Virus record (IMG/VR): IMGVR_UViG_3300032164_000004
Coordinates: 12,685-76,684 of that record
Strand: one strand, 5' to 3'
Origin: a virus
Length of the DNA stretch: 64,000 nucleotides
Shown here: positions 30,131 to 38,986 of the stretch, piece after piece
Position numbering within the stretch: position 1 is the first letter of the stretch
Layout of the letters: each line of letters begins with the position of its first letter
Program-made: the position numbers and the translations under genes
The notes under the pieces: model-generated
What the model was told of the DNA's origin: nothing
Database searches by the model: none
Seen by the model: only the letters and a program-made list of their open reading frames with translations

Positions 30131-31505
30131 TAATATTTGTTTGATGACTGATAGTTATAAGTTTTCACATTGGAAACAATATCCGCCAGGAACACAGACG
30201 GTTTATAGTTATTTGGAGAGTCGTGGTGGAATGTTTGATCGAACGGTTTTCTTCGGATTACAATATTATTTAAAGAAGTATTTGCAAGGTGTCGTAGTTA
30301 CTCCAGTTAAGGTAATGGAAGCCAAAACGTTTGTCCATCAACATTTAGGACAAGATACATTTAATACTGAAGGTTGGTTGTATATAGCTAATGAACTTGG
30401 TGGAAACCTTCCTGTAGAGATATGTGCTGTACCCGAAGGGTATAAGCCACAGACTAATAATGTTTTAATGACCATAAGGAATACGGATCTTAGGTGTTTT
30501 TGGTTGCCGAATTATTTAGAAACATTATTGTTGAAGGTGTGGTATCCTACAACTATTGCCACTCTTTCATATAATCTGAAAGAAATATTGGAAGAATTTG
30601 CTGGTATTTGTGGTTATGATAGTGATATAGTTAATTTTCAAATGCATGATTTTGGATATCGTGGAGTATCATCGGAAGAGAGTGCTGGATTAGGGGCTGC
30701 TGCCCATCTTTTAAATTTTAAGGGAACGGATACTGTTGCAGGTATTAGAATGTTGCAAGAGTATTATTGTTGCGATTATATGCCAGCGTTTAGTGTTCCT
30801 GCGATGGAACATTCTACCGTTACATCATGGGGACAAGATAGAGAGTTGGATGCATATGAAAATGCTATGGATTCTTATCCTACAGGTATATTATCTATAG
30901 TTGCTGATTCTTATGATATTGTAAATGCCTGTTTAAATATTTTTGGAAAAAAACTTAAGGATAAAATTTTAGAACGTGATGGTAAAATTGTTATTCGTCC
31001 TGATTCTGATGATACTATACCAACTTTGATTAAGGTTTTTAATATATTATTTGATAAGTTCGGATATATGGAAAATAGCAGAGGATATAAAGTATTACCT
31101 CCTGTTTTGGGTGTTCTCCAAGGAGATGGTATAGATTATCATATTATTAGACAAATTTTAAATGCTATGGTAGTAAATGGTATTTCCACTGAAAATATTG
31201 TATTCGGTTCGGGCGGAGCATTATTACAGAAGGTAAACAGAGATACTTTAAAGTTTGCATTTAAGGCTTCTGCCATCCAAATTGATGGTAAATGGAATGG
31301 TGTTTTTAAGACTTCGCCTGGTAAAGAATCGAAGAAAGGTATTTTATCTTTGATTAGAGATCGGAATGTATATAGGACGATGTGTTATGGAGAACCCACT
31401 ATGAGTTTTGGTAATAAGTTACGTAAAGTTTTTGAGAACGGAGAGATGTATAAAACGTTTACATATGAGGATATTAAGAATAATGTGGAAAGGTGGGATT
31501 GTTAA
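30123..31505 (+). CDS. nadV: nicotinamide phosphoribosyltransferase
   Basis: TDSYKFSH..QYP, HDFGYRG, SVPAMEHS, IRPDS, QGDG, FGSGGALLQ. Confidence 0.95.
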   Translation: MDDNICLMTDSYKFSHWKQYPPGTQTVYSYLESRGGMFDRTVFFGLQYYLKKYLQGVVVTPVKVMEAKTFVHQHLGQDTFNTEGWLYIANELGGNLPVEICAVPEGYKPQTNNVLMTIRNTDLRCFWLPNYLETLLLKVWYPTTIATLSYNLKEILEEFAGICGYDSDIVNFQMHDFGYRGVSSEESAGLGAAAHLLNFKGTDTVAGIRMLQEYYCCDYMPAFSVPAMEHSTVTSWGQDRELDAYENAMDSYPTGILSIVADSYDIVNACLNIFGKKLKDKILERDGKIVIRPDSDDTIPTLIKVFNILFDKFGYMENSRGYKVLPPVLGVLQGDGIDYHIIRQILNAMVVNGISTENIVFGSGGALLQKVNRDTLKFAFKASAIQIDGKWNGVFKTSPGKESKKGILSLIRDRNVYRTMCYGEPTMSFGNKLRKVFENGEMYKTFTYEDIKNNVERWDC

Positions 31506-32017
31506 TGATTCCTTCATGGGATAGATATTTTTTCAATATTATAGATGAGATAGCGACTAGAAGTAAAGATCCTAATACTCAAGTTGGTACGGTTATTGTT
31601 GATCTGGATAATTGTATTAGGGCAACAGGGTACAATAGTCTTCCGAGAAAGGTAAGAGATAATCCTTGTGTGGTTCCTGAGAGATTTATACGTCCTGAAA
31701 AATATTTTTGGATGGAACACGCGGAACGTAACGCGATTTATGCATCTGCAAGAATTGGTGTACCATTAAAAGGATGTAGAATTTATTTAAATGTATACCC
31801 ATGTATGGATTGTGCGAGAGCCGTGATTCAAGCCGGATTGACTGAAGTTATCATTAACCTGAATAAATATTCAAAATGGTATTCACCTCAATATACTAAG
31901 GATAATGGTAAAGTCCATATGATGTTAACGGAAGGTTTAGTAGATATTAGTTTTTGGGATGAAGCACTAGATATGCGGAGAAATTGTCTTATTCCTCCTA
32001 TATTGGATGTCAATTAA
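31505..32017 (+). CDS. cd: dCMP deaminase
   Basis: RSKDPNTQVG, HAERNA, PCMDC. Confidence 0.9.
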   Translation: MIPSWDRYFFNIIDEIATRSKDPNTQVGTVIVDLDNCIRATGYNSLPRKVRDNPCVVPERFIRPEKYFWMEHAERNAIYASARIGVPLKGCRIYLNVYPCMDCARAVIQAGLTEVIINLNKYSKWYSPQYTKDNGKVHMMLTEGLVDISFWDEALDMRRNCLIPPILDVN

Positions 32018-32020
32018 TAA

Positions 32021-32049
32021 TTGACTTTTTATGTTCGATGTAGTATAAT
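32021..32049 (+). promoter_or_regulatory. sigma70 promoter
   Basis: TTGACT-17-TATAAT. Confidence 0.7.
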
Positions 32050-32069
32050 TATTATGTGAGATAAAATAT

Positions 32070-33068
32070 ATGAGTCAATTTGAAGTTAAGGTTGTACCAA
32101 TTAAATTGGAGAAGCATCCTAATGCGGATAGCTTATCTTTGGTTCGTGTGTTTGATGCATATGTTTGTTGTGTCCGAACTGATGATTGGAAAGATAAAGC
32201 ATTAGGTGTTTTTGTTCCACCAGATTCTATTGTACCGGATACAGAAGATTACGCATTTTTGGCTGGTCATAGACGTATTAAAGCCCATAAGTTTCGTGGT
32301 ATAATGTCTCAAGGATTACTTGTTTCAGCACCCGAAGGTTCTAAAGAAGGTGATGATGTTGCCGAACGTTTGGGTATCGAACATTATGAACCTGAATTAC
32401 ATGTTTTAAAAACAATGCCGGGAAATATGGAAAGTCCGCCACCTATTACTGGTTGTGGTAGTAAATATGATATTGAGAGTTGGTTTAAATACCGTAGTAT
32501 TTTTGATTCATACCCAAATATACAAGTAAGTATTACAGAAAAGATACATGGTGCAAATGCCCGTTATACTTTTCAACAAGGTAGGATGTGGGCGGCATCT
32601 AGAGCATTTTACAGGAAGTTTAATTTAAGTGATAGTTTTTGGAGAGTAACAGAGAAAAATCCTTGGATTGAAGCTTATTGTAGATTAAGTGAAAATGCCG
32701 TAATTTATGGGGAATTATATGGTGCCGTACAAAAGTTTACGTATGGTGCTACTTCTGATAATCCTCTTTCTTTTAGGATGTTTGATATGTGGGAAAATGG
32801 GAAGTTTCAAGATTGGTCTAGAGAATTGATAGAGAGCGGATTAGTGAATGATAATCCTAATCCTAATTCTCGTATTGTTCCGATATTATATACAGGTGCT
32901 TATTCACATGATGTTGTTGAGCGATTGATGGATGGACCATCTACTATTCCTGGTGCTAAGAATATCCGAGAAGGTATTGTTATTAAACCTTTGAAAGAGA
33001 TTTGGAATGATGAAATTGGTAGGTTGATTTTAAAAGCTGTATCTCCAGTTTATTTGGAGAAATCTTGA
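32070..33068 (+). CDS. RNA ligase, DRB0094/Rnl5 family
   Basis: N-terminal OB fold HPNADSL, RGIMSQGLL; motif I TEKIHGAN; REGIVIK; ILKAVS. Confidence 0.88.
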   Translation: MSQFEVKVVPIKLEKHPNADSLSLVRVFDAYVCCVRTDDWKDKALGVFVPPDSIVPDTEDYAFLAGHRRIKAHKFRGIMSQGLLVSAPEGSKEGDDVAERLGIEHYEPELHVLKTMPGNMESPPPITGCGSKYDIESWFKYRSIFDSYPNIQVSITEKIHGANARYTFQQGRMWAASRAFYRKFNLSDSFWRVTEKNPWIEAYCRLSENAVIYGELYGAVQKFTYGATSDNPLSFRMFDMWENGKFQDWSRELIESGLVNDNPNPNSRIVPILYTGAYSHDVVERLMDGPSTIPGAKNIREGIVIKPLKEIWNDEIGRLILKAVSPVYLEKS

Positions 33069-33074
33069 TGATTT

Positions 33075-33180
33075 GTGGTGGCGTGTTGGACGTGTTGGGG
33101 ATGAGCATCTCATCGCCAGAGTGGTTCGAATCCACAATAGGTCTGGTTTGACCAACCGAGTTCGAGTCTCGGTCCACCAC
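33075..33180 (+). ncRNA. tRNA-like RNA with two T-loop hairpins
   Basis: GTGGTGG/CCACCAC terminal stem; GTGG-TTCGAAT-CCAC; CCGAG-TTCGAGT-CTCGG; no canonical cloverleaf. Confidence 0.6.
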
Positions 33181-33196
33181 TTTAATTTATAGCTAA

Positions 33197-33388
33197 ATGG
33201 AGGTTTTTATGGATCTAAATGAAAGAATTGTAGTGTTTACCGCATCGATTGAGTTGGGAATTCCAGAAAGTGTTGTATCTTATAAGGATTTATTAAATTA
33301 TTTCTATCAGGAATTAGAAAAACTACATATAAATGGAGTTGATGATAATATTTTTTTGGATGATGTTAAGGTTGATAGATGGTTTTAA
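33197..33388 (+). CDS. hypothetical protein
   Basis: Short ORF; RBS GGAGG before internal ATG. Confidence 0.45.
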   Translation: MEVFMDLNERIVVFTASIELGIPESVVSYKDLLNYFYQELEKLHINGVDDNIFLDDVKVDRWF

Positions 33389-33392
33389 TTTT

Positions 33393-33477
33393 GGAAAATT
33401 GGCAGAGTGGGAATGCTCCGGTTTGCTAAACCGAGGACAGGGTAACACCTGCGGATGTTCGAATCATTCATTTTCCG
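33393..33477 (+). tRNA. tRNA-Ser(GCU)
   Basis: GGAAAAT/ATTTTCC acceptor, long variable arm, anticodon GCT. Confidence 0.88.
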
Positions 33478-33479
33478 CC

Positions 33480-33576
33480 GGAGAGGTGGTAGAGTCCGGT
33501 TTATTACACAGGTCCTGAAAACCTGAGGCCGAGTGAACAACGAGGCCCGTGGGTCCGAATCCCACCCTCTCCGCCA
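33480..33576 (+). tRNA. tRNA-Ser(UGA)
   Basis: CAGGT-CCTGAAA-ACCTG, long variable arm, CCA. Confidence 0.88.
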
Positions 33577-33583
33577 AATAGTT

Positions 33584-33751
33584 ATGAAGATTATTTTTCC
33601 GAAAAAAGACGAGATTTTAGTTTGTAAAAAATGTAAAACTGCGGTTGATCTTGCAGGTGCATTTAGTGAAGATGGTGCGATTGACGATTATTGGTGTGAA
33701 GTGTGTATAGATTATGTTGATGTGAAAATTGCTCCTATAACTCAGAATTAA
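33584..33751 (+). CDS. small Zn-ribbon protein
   Basis: CKKC...CEVC; ATG after the tRNA. Confidence 0.45.
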   Translation: MKIIFPKKDEILVCKKCKTAVDLAGAFSEDGAIDDYWCEVCIDYVDVKIAPITQN

Positions 33752-33780
33752 GATAAGGCAACATACAATGTAAAAATTTT

Positions 33781-33856
33781 GTCCCTGTATCTCAACAGAC
33801 TTCTAATCTGTAGTCGAGTAGTTGGATCAACGGGAGTTCGAATCTCTCCAGGGATA
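33781..33856 (+). ncRNA. atypical tRNA-Arg(UCU)-like RNA lacking a D-arm
   Basis: Acceptor GTCCCTG/CAGGGAT; anticodon arm ACAGA-CTTCTAA-TCTGT only 7 nt after the acceptor; 20-nt insert before T-arm GGGAG-TTCGAAT-CTCTC. Confidence 0.7.
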
Positions 33857-33860
33857 CATT

Positions 33861-33936
33861 AGGGTCATAGTTTAATTGGCAAAACCTTGGACTTTGAATC
33901 CAAAGACTCTAGGTTCGAAACCTAGTGACCCTACCA
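33861..33936 (+). tRNA. tRNA-Gln(UUG)
   Basis: TTGGA-CTTTGAA-TCCAA, CCA. Confidence 0.9.
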
Positions 33937-33952
33937 ATATATAAGGAATAAT

Positions 33953-34234
33953 ATGGGAACATTAAATGCTTCGGCTGTTAGAACACAACTTTTAGATGTT
34001 AGAAATTTATCCATACGTTTGGCTGGTTTAAATAGTGTAAGTTCGGCGGAATATCGTGCCGGAAAATTTTTAGAATTTGTGGATGAAGCTATTTTAGCTC
34101 TTGGAAAAGTAGAAACGGAATTAGAGTTAATAGATTTAGAAGTTTCGGCTTCGGAGGCAGAAGCTGAAATTGTCCGTCAAACTAATAAGAGGAATTTTAT
34201 TTTAGCGCAAATTGAAGAAAAAAGGAATTTATAA
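33953..34234 (+). CDS. hypothetical coiled-coil protein
   Basis: ORF with RBS AAGGA. Confidence 0.5.
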   Translation: MGTLNASAVRTQLLDVRNLSIRLAGLNSVSSAEYRAGKFLEFVDEAILALGKVETELELIDLEVSASEAEAEIVRQTNKRNFILAQIEEKRNL

Positions 34235-34235
34235 T

Positions 34236-34628
34236 ATGTTTGTTGTGAAAACAAAACTCGGTTTTAGTAAAATTCATGGTATTGGTGTTTTTGCAGAAGA
34301 ATTTATTCATAGAGGTTCTGTGGTGCAAGTGTATGATACTATGTTAGATAAAGCGTATCCTAAGAGTATGGTAAGACATGCGAATCCTCTTTTTCAGGAA
34401 TTTATTAAGCAATATGCATATTTAGATGGAGATGTGTATATTTTACTTCTTGGAGATAATGCTAGATTTTTAAATCATTCTTTATATCCAAATTTGGTTG
34501 GTTTTGTTGGAGATAATAGAACAGATATGGCTCATAGAGATATCGATATTGGAGAAGAGTTGACGGTTAATTATTATGAATTTGATGATGAGGCGGTTTT
34601 AAAATTGGGAGCTTTTTCTAGTGGTTAA
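34236..34628 (+). CDS. SET domain protein (putative lysine methyltransferase)
   Basis: SKIHGIGVFA, RFLNHS..PN, GEELTVNY. Confidence 0.88.
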   Translation: MFVVKTKLGFSKIHGIGVFAEEFIHRGSVVQVYDTMLDKAYPKSMVRHANPLFQEFIKQYAYLDGDVYILLLGDNARFLNHSLYPNLVGFVGDNRTDMAHRDIDIGEELTVNYYEFDDEAVLKLGAFSSG

Positions 34629-34681
34629 GATAGTTGGTTGTCAACCAACAAACAGGGGTTCAATTCCCCTAGCTCCCGCCA
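34607..34681 (+). tRNA. tRNA-Asp(GUC)
   Basis: GTTGG-TTGTCAA-CCAAC, CCA; overlaps SET 3' end. Confidence 0.88.
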
Positions 34682-34800
34682 CGTATAACTTATTGAAAAC
34701 AAAAGACTTGTTTTGACATCTTTTTTAATTTTATTGATATTAGGATTTTGTAGTTTAATTAATAGTTGCTTTCACGTTGTAGCTGTGTTATAATATGATT

Positions 34801-35016
34801 ATGAGTACAAAAACAGTAATCAATTGTGGTGATGTTAAATATGAATTGACGCTTGGTCAAATAAAACGGATGTTGTATGCTGTTGAACATTTAGCTTTAT
34901 CCGAGACAAATAAACAATATGTTAAAGCTAAAAAGATGGCGATTAAATGTCTAACGGAACAGGGAAGAGCACCAGTTATTATCCCAGTTGGTGCTATTGT
35001 TGAGGCTGTTGCTTAA
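34801..35016 (+). CDS. hypothetical protein
   Basis: ATG 6 nt after TATAAT. Confidence 0.5.
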   Translation: MSTKTVINCGDVKYELTLGQIKRMLYAVEHLALSETNKQYVKAKKMAIKCLTEQGRAPVIIPVGAIVEAVA

Positions 35017-35029
35017 AATTGGGATTATG

Positions 35030-35103
35030 GGGCTTATAGCTCAATGGCAGAGCACATGCCTTTTAAGCATGTGATTTAGGTTCGATCCCTAGTAGGCCCA
35101 CCA
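35030..35103 (+). tRNA. tRNA-Lys(UUU)
   Basis: CATGC-CTTTTAA-GCATG, CCA. Confidence 0.92.
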
Positions 35104-35145
35104 AATAAAGTTTGTATCATTAGGTACAAGACTAAAGGAAAATAT

Positions 35146-35622
35146 ATGCTAAAGATTGAAACTGAACAATATGGACTACTTACTATTGAGTTTCGGCACA
35201 ATAGCGGTGATCCCGGTGTAACCCTTAAACGTAGATTGGCTGAGTATTATAGGAGTGTATCTAATCTCGAAGATCGTCGGCTTACTGGAGCCGAACACGA
35301 TGAAGTTAATTCGTTTATTGATGGTGTTTTGGATGTTGTTGATATATTGTATACTATGGATACCGTTCTTCTAGTTGATACCGGAAAACATAGATATACA
35401 GAATGTCAAATTAAGTTAGATGGTAGTTTTTATCCTGAAACCGACTCTGGTAGAACACCGGAACCCATATATAACACTTTTGGATATGCTTGGGTATTTC
35501 CTACAGATACTTTTGTTAAAGAAGATGGTAGGCTTCTTTCATTGAAAAGAGCTATGGATGAATTACCTGGAATTACACGTAAAACTCGCGCGGAAATTTG
35601 GTCGGGTTATTACAACAGATAA
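35146..35622 (+). CDS. hypothetical protein
   Basis: ORF with RBS, first gene of a coupled operon. Confidence 0.5.
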   Translation: MLKIETEQYGLLTIEFRHNSGDPGVTLKRRLAEYYRSVSNLEDRRLTGAEHDEVNSFIDGVLDVVDILYTMDTVLLVDTGKHRYTECQIKLDGSFYPETDSGRTPEPIYNTFGYAWVFPTDTFVKEDGRLLSLKRAMDELPGITRKTRAEIWSGYYNR

Positions 35623-36398
35623 TGTTACCAGAATTACATAAATCAATAAAAGATTTTGGAGGCGTGATCCTACTTCTTGGTGAAGTGGGATCACGCGCGT
35701 ACGGAACTAATACTGTCGATTCTGATTATGATGTTATGGGAGTTGGTTTCGGACCAATAGATTATTATATTGGGATGAATAATTTTCATAGTAGCGGTAC
35801 TTTTGAATTTCGAAAGAACGTGGACGGCATCTTAGAAGGAAGCATTTATGAAATCCGTAAATTTGTAAGGCTATGTACATCATTTAATCCTAATGTTATT
35901 CCTCTATTGTATATTAATCCGGATAATTATTTAATTAAACATGATTATGGTTTGGATTTATTATATAGAAAGGATTTGTTTCTTTCAAAATTAGTATATA
36001 GTACGTTTGTGGGATATGCTAAAGCACAAATGTCAAGAGCAGCACACGGAATTACTGGACGGTTGGGTTTAAGGAGAAAAGGTCTCATTGAGACATATGG
36101 TTATGATGTAAAAGCGGCGAGCCATACTATTAGACTTTTAAATATGGCGTGTGAAATTTTAACCGATGGTAAGGTTAATGTTTGTCGAACTGGTATAGAT
36201 GCTGATGAATTAATCGCTATTCGCAACGGTAAATATAATTGGGATGAATTTGTTCAATTGACGGAAGAAAAATTTGAAAATGTTGAAGTAATTTGGGAAC
36301 ATTCTCCTTTACCAGAAAAGCCCGATGAAGAACCCATTAATAAGTTAGTTACTAATTTAATATATGATGCGGTTATTACTCAATGGAAAAAAAATTAA
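35622..36398 (+). CDS. Pol-beta-superfamily nucleotidyltransferase (YcgL/RlaP-like)
   Basis: GSRAYGT...SDYD..G, NPNVI, YDVKAASHTIRLL. Confidence 0.85.
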   Translation: MLPELHKSIKDFGGVILLLGEVGSRAYGTNTVDSDYDVMGVGFGPIDYYIGMNNFHSSGTFEFRKNVDGILEGSIYEIRKFVRLCTSFNPNVIPLLYINPDNYLIKHDYGLDLLYRKDLFLSKLVYSTFVGYAKAQMSRAAHGITGRLGLRRKGLIETYGYDVKAASHTIRLLNMACEILTDGKVNVCRTGIDADELIAIRNGKYNWDEFVQLTEEKFENVEVIWEHSPLPEKPDEEPINKLVTNLIYDAVITQWKKN

Positions 36399-36604
36399 TT
36401 AAGTGTTTTTTAAAAGTATTTCCTAATTATTCTCCTAAAGAATTTTTAACTTTAGGTTCTGATACTTGCGAAGAATGGGATTCTATTACTGTTATAAGAT
36501 TAATTATAACTGTAGAAACTGAATTTGGAATCCGATTTACTTCCGATGAAATGGAAAAGATGGATTCTTTCCAATCATTTATGGAGGTTTTAACAAGTAG
36601 ATGA
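36383..36604 (+). CDS. acyl carrier protein
   Basis: 73 aa, acidic; WDSI phosphopantetheine site; VETEFGIRF. Confidence 0.8.
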   Translation: MEKKLIKCFLKVFPNYSPKEFLTLGSDTCEEWDSITVIRLIITVETEFGIRFTSDEMEKMDSFQSFMEVLTSR

Positions 36605-37593
36605 AAGGATTAATAACAGATTTAGATAATACGCTTTGGGGTGGAGAAGCTGGAGAACAACCAAGTTATTCACTCGATACTACCGGGATGTATTCACAAT
36701 ACCAGAGTTTTTTGAAACGATTACATCTTGAAGGTATACTTTTAGGAATAGCTAGTAGGAATAATCATAATCGTATTGTTCAGGTATTTGAACACAATAA
36801 ACATCATTTTTTACCTTTAGATTATTTTACTTTACGGCCGAGTTGGGGGCCTAAGTATAAAACTATTACCGAAATTTTAAATACTTGGAATATATTGGCG
36901 AGTGATGTGGTATTTGTGGATGATAATCCTTTTGAAATAGCACAGGTTGAATCTGTGCATAATATCAATACAATATTATTTGATCCTAATGATTTTTGGG
37001 GGGTTATTGAAAAATTACGAAAGTATTTCCCTAAAAAGGAAAAGATCTTATATGAGGATACTATTCGGGCTTCTAGTATAGAGCGAGGCGTTGAATTTGA
37101 AAGAGAGAAGAAGGAATTTGATAATGAGGATAAATTTTACGATAATTTAGACCAGCATATTACGGTTTCTTATGATGTGCGGTTTTGTGAACGCTCCTTC
37201 GAATTAGCTAATAAAACTAATCAGTTTAATATGGATGGTAAGAGATATACTTGGAAAGAATGGAATACATTAGAAGGAATAAGTTTTTCATTATCATATT
37301 CGGATAAATTTGGAGATTTAGGTAAAATTTTGGTTTGTAGGATAGATAGTTCCGGAACTATTCGTACTTTTTGTATGAGTTGTAGGGCAATTGGTCGTCG
37401 GATAGAATATTTTGCTTTACATTTAGCGTTTGTTATGTTTGACTATATTAAATTTCCTTATATAGCAACATTTTCTAATGCTCCATTTTATAAGTTTATG
37501 AGAACGGTATTGATTGGTGAGGAACGTTTCTTTAATAAAGGTGAATTATATTTACCAAAAATATTAGATAATTGGTGTACTGATGCTGCATAA
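36601..37593 (+). CDS. fkbH: FkbH-like HAD-IIIC protein (glyceryl-ACP synthase family)
   Basis: ITDLDNTLWGG, ASRNN, SWGPK, VFVDDNPFE, KTNQFN, DKFGDLG, MSCRAIGRRIE. Confidence 0.88.
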   Translation: MKGLITDLDNTLWGGEAGEQPSYSLDTTGMYSQYQSFLKRLHLEGILLGIASRNNHNRIVQVFEHNKHHFLPLDYFTLRPSWGPKYKTITEILNTWNILASDVVFVDDNPFEIAQVESVHNINTILFDPNDFWGVIEKLRKYFPKKEKILYEDTIRASSIERGVEFEREKKEFDNEDKFYDNLDQHITVSYDVRFCERSFELANKTNQFNMDGKRYTWKEWNTLEGISFSLSYSDKFGDLGKILVCRIDSSGTIRTFCMSCRAIGRRIEYFALHLAFVMFDYIKFPYIATFSNAPFYKFMRTVLIGEERFFNKGELYLPKILDNWCTDAA

Positions 37594-38053
37594 AGCTACA
37601 TTAGAGGAATTGTCCGAGATACAAAAAGGATTTAAATTGTATGTAGATGAAGGACATTTTACATATATTAGGCATGATTATATAGTTAGGTCTATTGAAG
37701 CTAAGGAAGTATTTTACGATAATGGAGTTATAGCTATTATTAGACAGATGAAACGTGCTGGAAGAATAGGAAATTTTAGATACGGCGCTGGAGCCTGGCA
37801 TATACATAAATTTTTGTCTTTGGATAAAAAGAATACTGTTGCTCCATTCGTTTTTATGAGAAATTTTTTGGATGAATATGTTAAATGCGGATTAGTATTT
37901 TGTACTGTACATATTTCAAATTTACTTTCAATTGGATTTTGTAAAGCTATAGGATTTAAAGTTGTTGGTGATATTAGTTGGTCGGATGGTACAATTCCTG
38001 GGGTTGTTCTCGCATTAAATAGATCTGAAGGGTTTATTAGCCAATTATGTTAG
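37583..38053 (+). CDS. GNAT-like acyltransferase
   Basis: TVHISN..SIGFCKAIGF C-terminal GNAT pattern. Confidence 0.6.
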   Translation: MLHKATLEELSEIQKGFKLYVDEGHFTYIRHDYIVRSIEAKEVFYDNGVIAIIRQMKRAGRIGNFRYGAGAWHIHKFLSLDKKNTVAPFVFMRNFLDEYVKCGLVFCTVHISNLLSIGFCKAIGFKVVGDISWSDGTIPGVVLALNRSEGFISQLC

Positions 38054-38490
38054 AGATACGTGGTAATATTTGGGATTATTGGGATAGTGGGGCGAATATT
38101 CTCGTTACTACCAACGGAACAGTAACTTCTAATAAATGTGCTGTTATGGGGAGAGGTATAGCTTTACAAGCTAGTAGAAAATTCCCACATTTAAAGAGTC
38201 GTTTAGGACAACAATTATTACATTATGGTAATCACGTTTTTCGTTTTTATGATTTGAAGATAGTAACATTTCCGGTTAAGTATAATTGGTATGAAAAGGC
38301 TGATTTGGATTTAATAGATCGAAGTGCTAGAGAATTAAAGACTTTGTTTCCTGAAGGTTCGAGCGGATTAGATCCTATTTATTTGGTTAGACCTGGTTGT
38401 ATGAATGGTAAATTAGATTGGGAAGATGTTAAACCGGTTTTAGAAAAATATTTAAATAATAATTTCATTATAGTTGAAAGGAATTTATAA
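38047..38490 (+). CDS. macrodomain protein (ADP-ribose binding/hydrolase)
   Basis: GNIWD, TTNG...VMGRGIA, FPVK, PGCMNGKLDW. Confidence 0.8.
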   Translation: MLEIRGNIWDYWDSGANILVTTNGTVTSNKCAVMGRGIALQASRKFPHLKSRLGQQLLHYGNHVFRFYDLKIVTFPVKYNWYEKADLDLIDRSARELKTLFPEGSSGLDPIYLVRPGCMNGKLDWEDVKPVLEKYLNNNFIIVERNL

Positions 38491-38832
38491 ATGCAAATGC
38501 AAGTGACCGAACAAGATATTGAGGATATGTTAAAGGCCAGTAATATCGGTGTTCAGATTATAGAAACTCAATTAAATGGTATTAAAGCCATGGTGGATAA
38601 TGTTAATAGTTTAGCACAAGTTGTTATTAGAATGGAACGCGCCACTCCGAACCCCAAAGAACAAGGAGCTTATGATTTTTTTACTGGATTAACAAAATTC
38701 TTAAATGGTCTTGGTGCTGAAAAGCAATTAGAAGGACAAAAATTGTTAACCACCGTAAAGCAGTTGGAAGAGGCTAAAAGTAGGATTAGTTCGAATATTA
38801 TTATACCTACTATGAATGAAAAAAATCTTTAA
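38491..38832 (+). CDS. hypothetical protein
   Basis: Coupled ORF. Confidence 0.5.
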   Translation: MQMQVTEQDIEDMLKASNIGVQIIETQLNGIKAMVDNVNSLAQVVIRMERATPNPKEQGAYDFFTGLTKFLNGLGAEKQLEGQKLLTTVKQLEEAKSRISSNIIIPTMNEKNL

Positions 38833-38838
38833 AAAGAT

Positions 38839-38867
38839 TTGACAATTCTTTTTTAGTGTGTTATACT
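38839..38867 (+). promoter_or_regulatory. sigma70 promoter for the Y-RNA-like/Ro60 locus
   Basis: TTGACA-17-TATACT with TG; late-type CATAAATA also at 38883-38890. Confidence 0.8.
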
Positions 38868-38894
38868 TGTATAGTAATAAGACATAAATAGTAA

Positions 38895-38964
38895 TGTGAT
38901 GGTGTTCTGTTCGGTTACTTCTTTTATTTAAAAAGCCAAAAAACCGGACTATTTGTTCCTCACA
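38895..38964 (+). ncRNA. structured repeat RNA copy 1 (candidate Y RNA)
   Basis: TGTGA-TGGTG..GTTCGGTTACTTC-loop-ACCGGACTATTTGTTCC-TCACA. Confidence 0.7.
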
Positions 38965-38986
38965 GTAATTAAATAGGAGAATATAG

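Noticed and set aside
32983-33518. ORFs 32983-33180(-) and 33333-33518(+)
   Set aside because: They overlap structured RNA/tRNA genes and are shadow ORFs; the same applies to 43148-43612(-) and 44290-44499(-)
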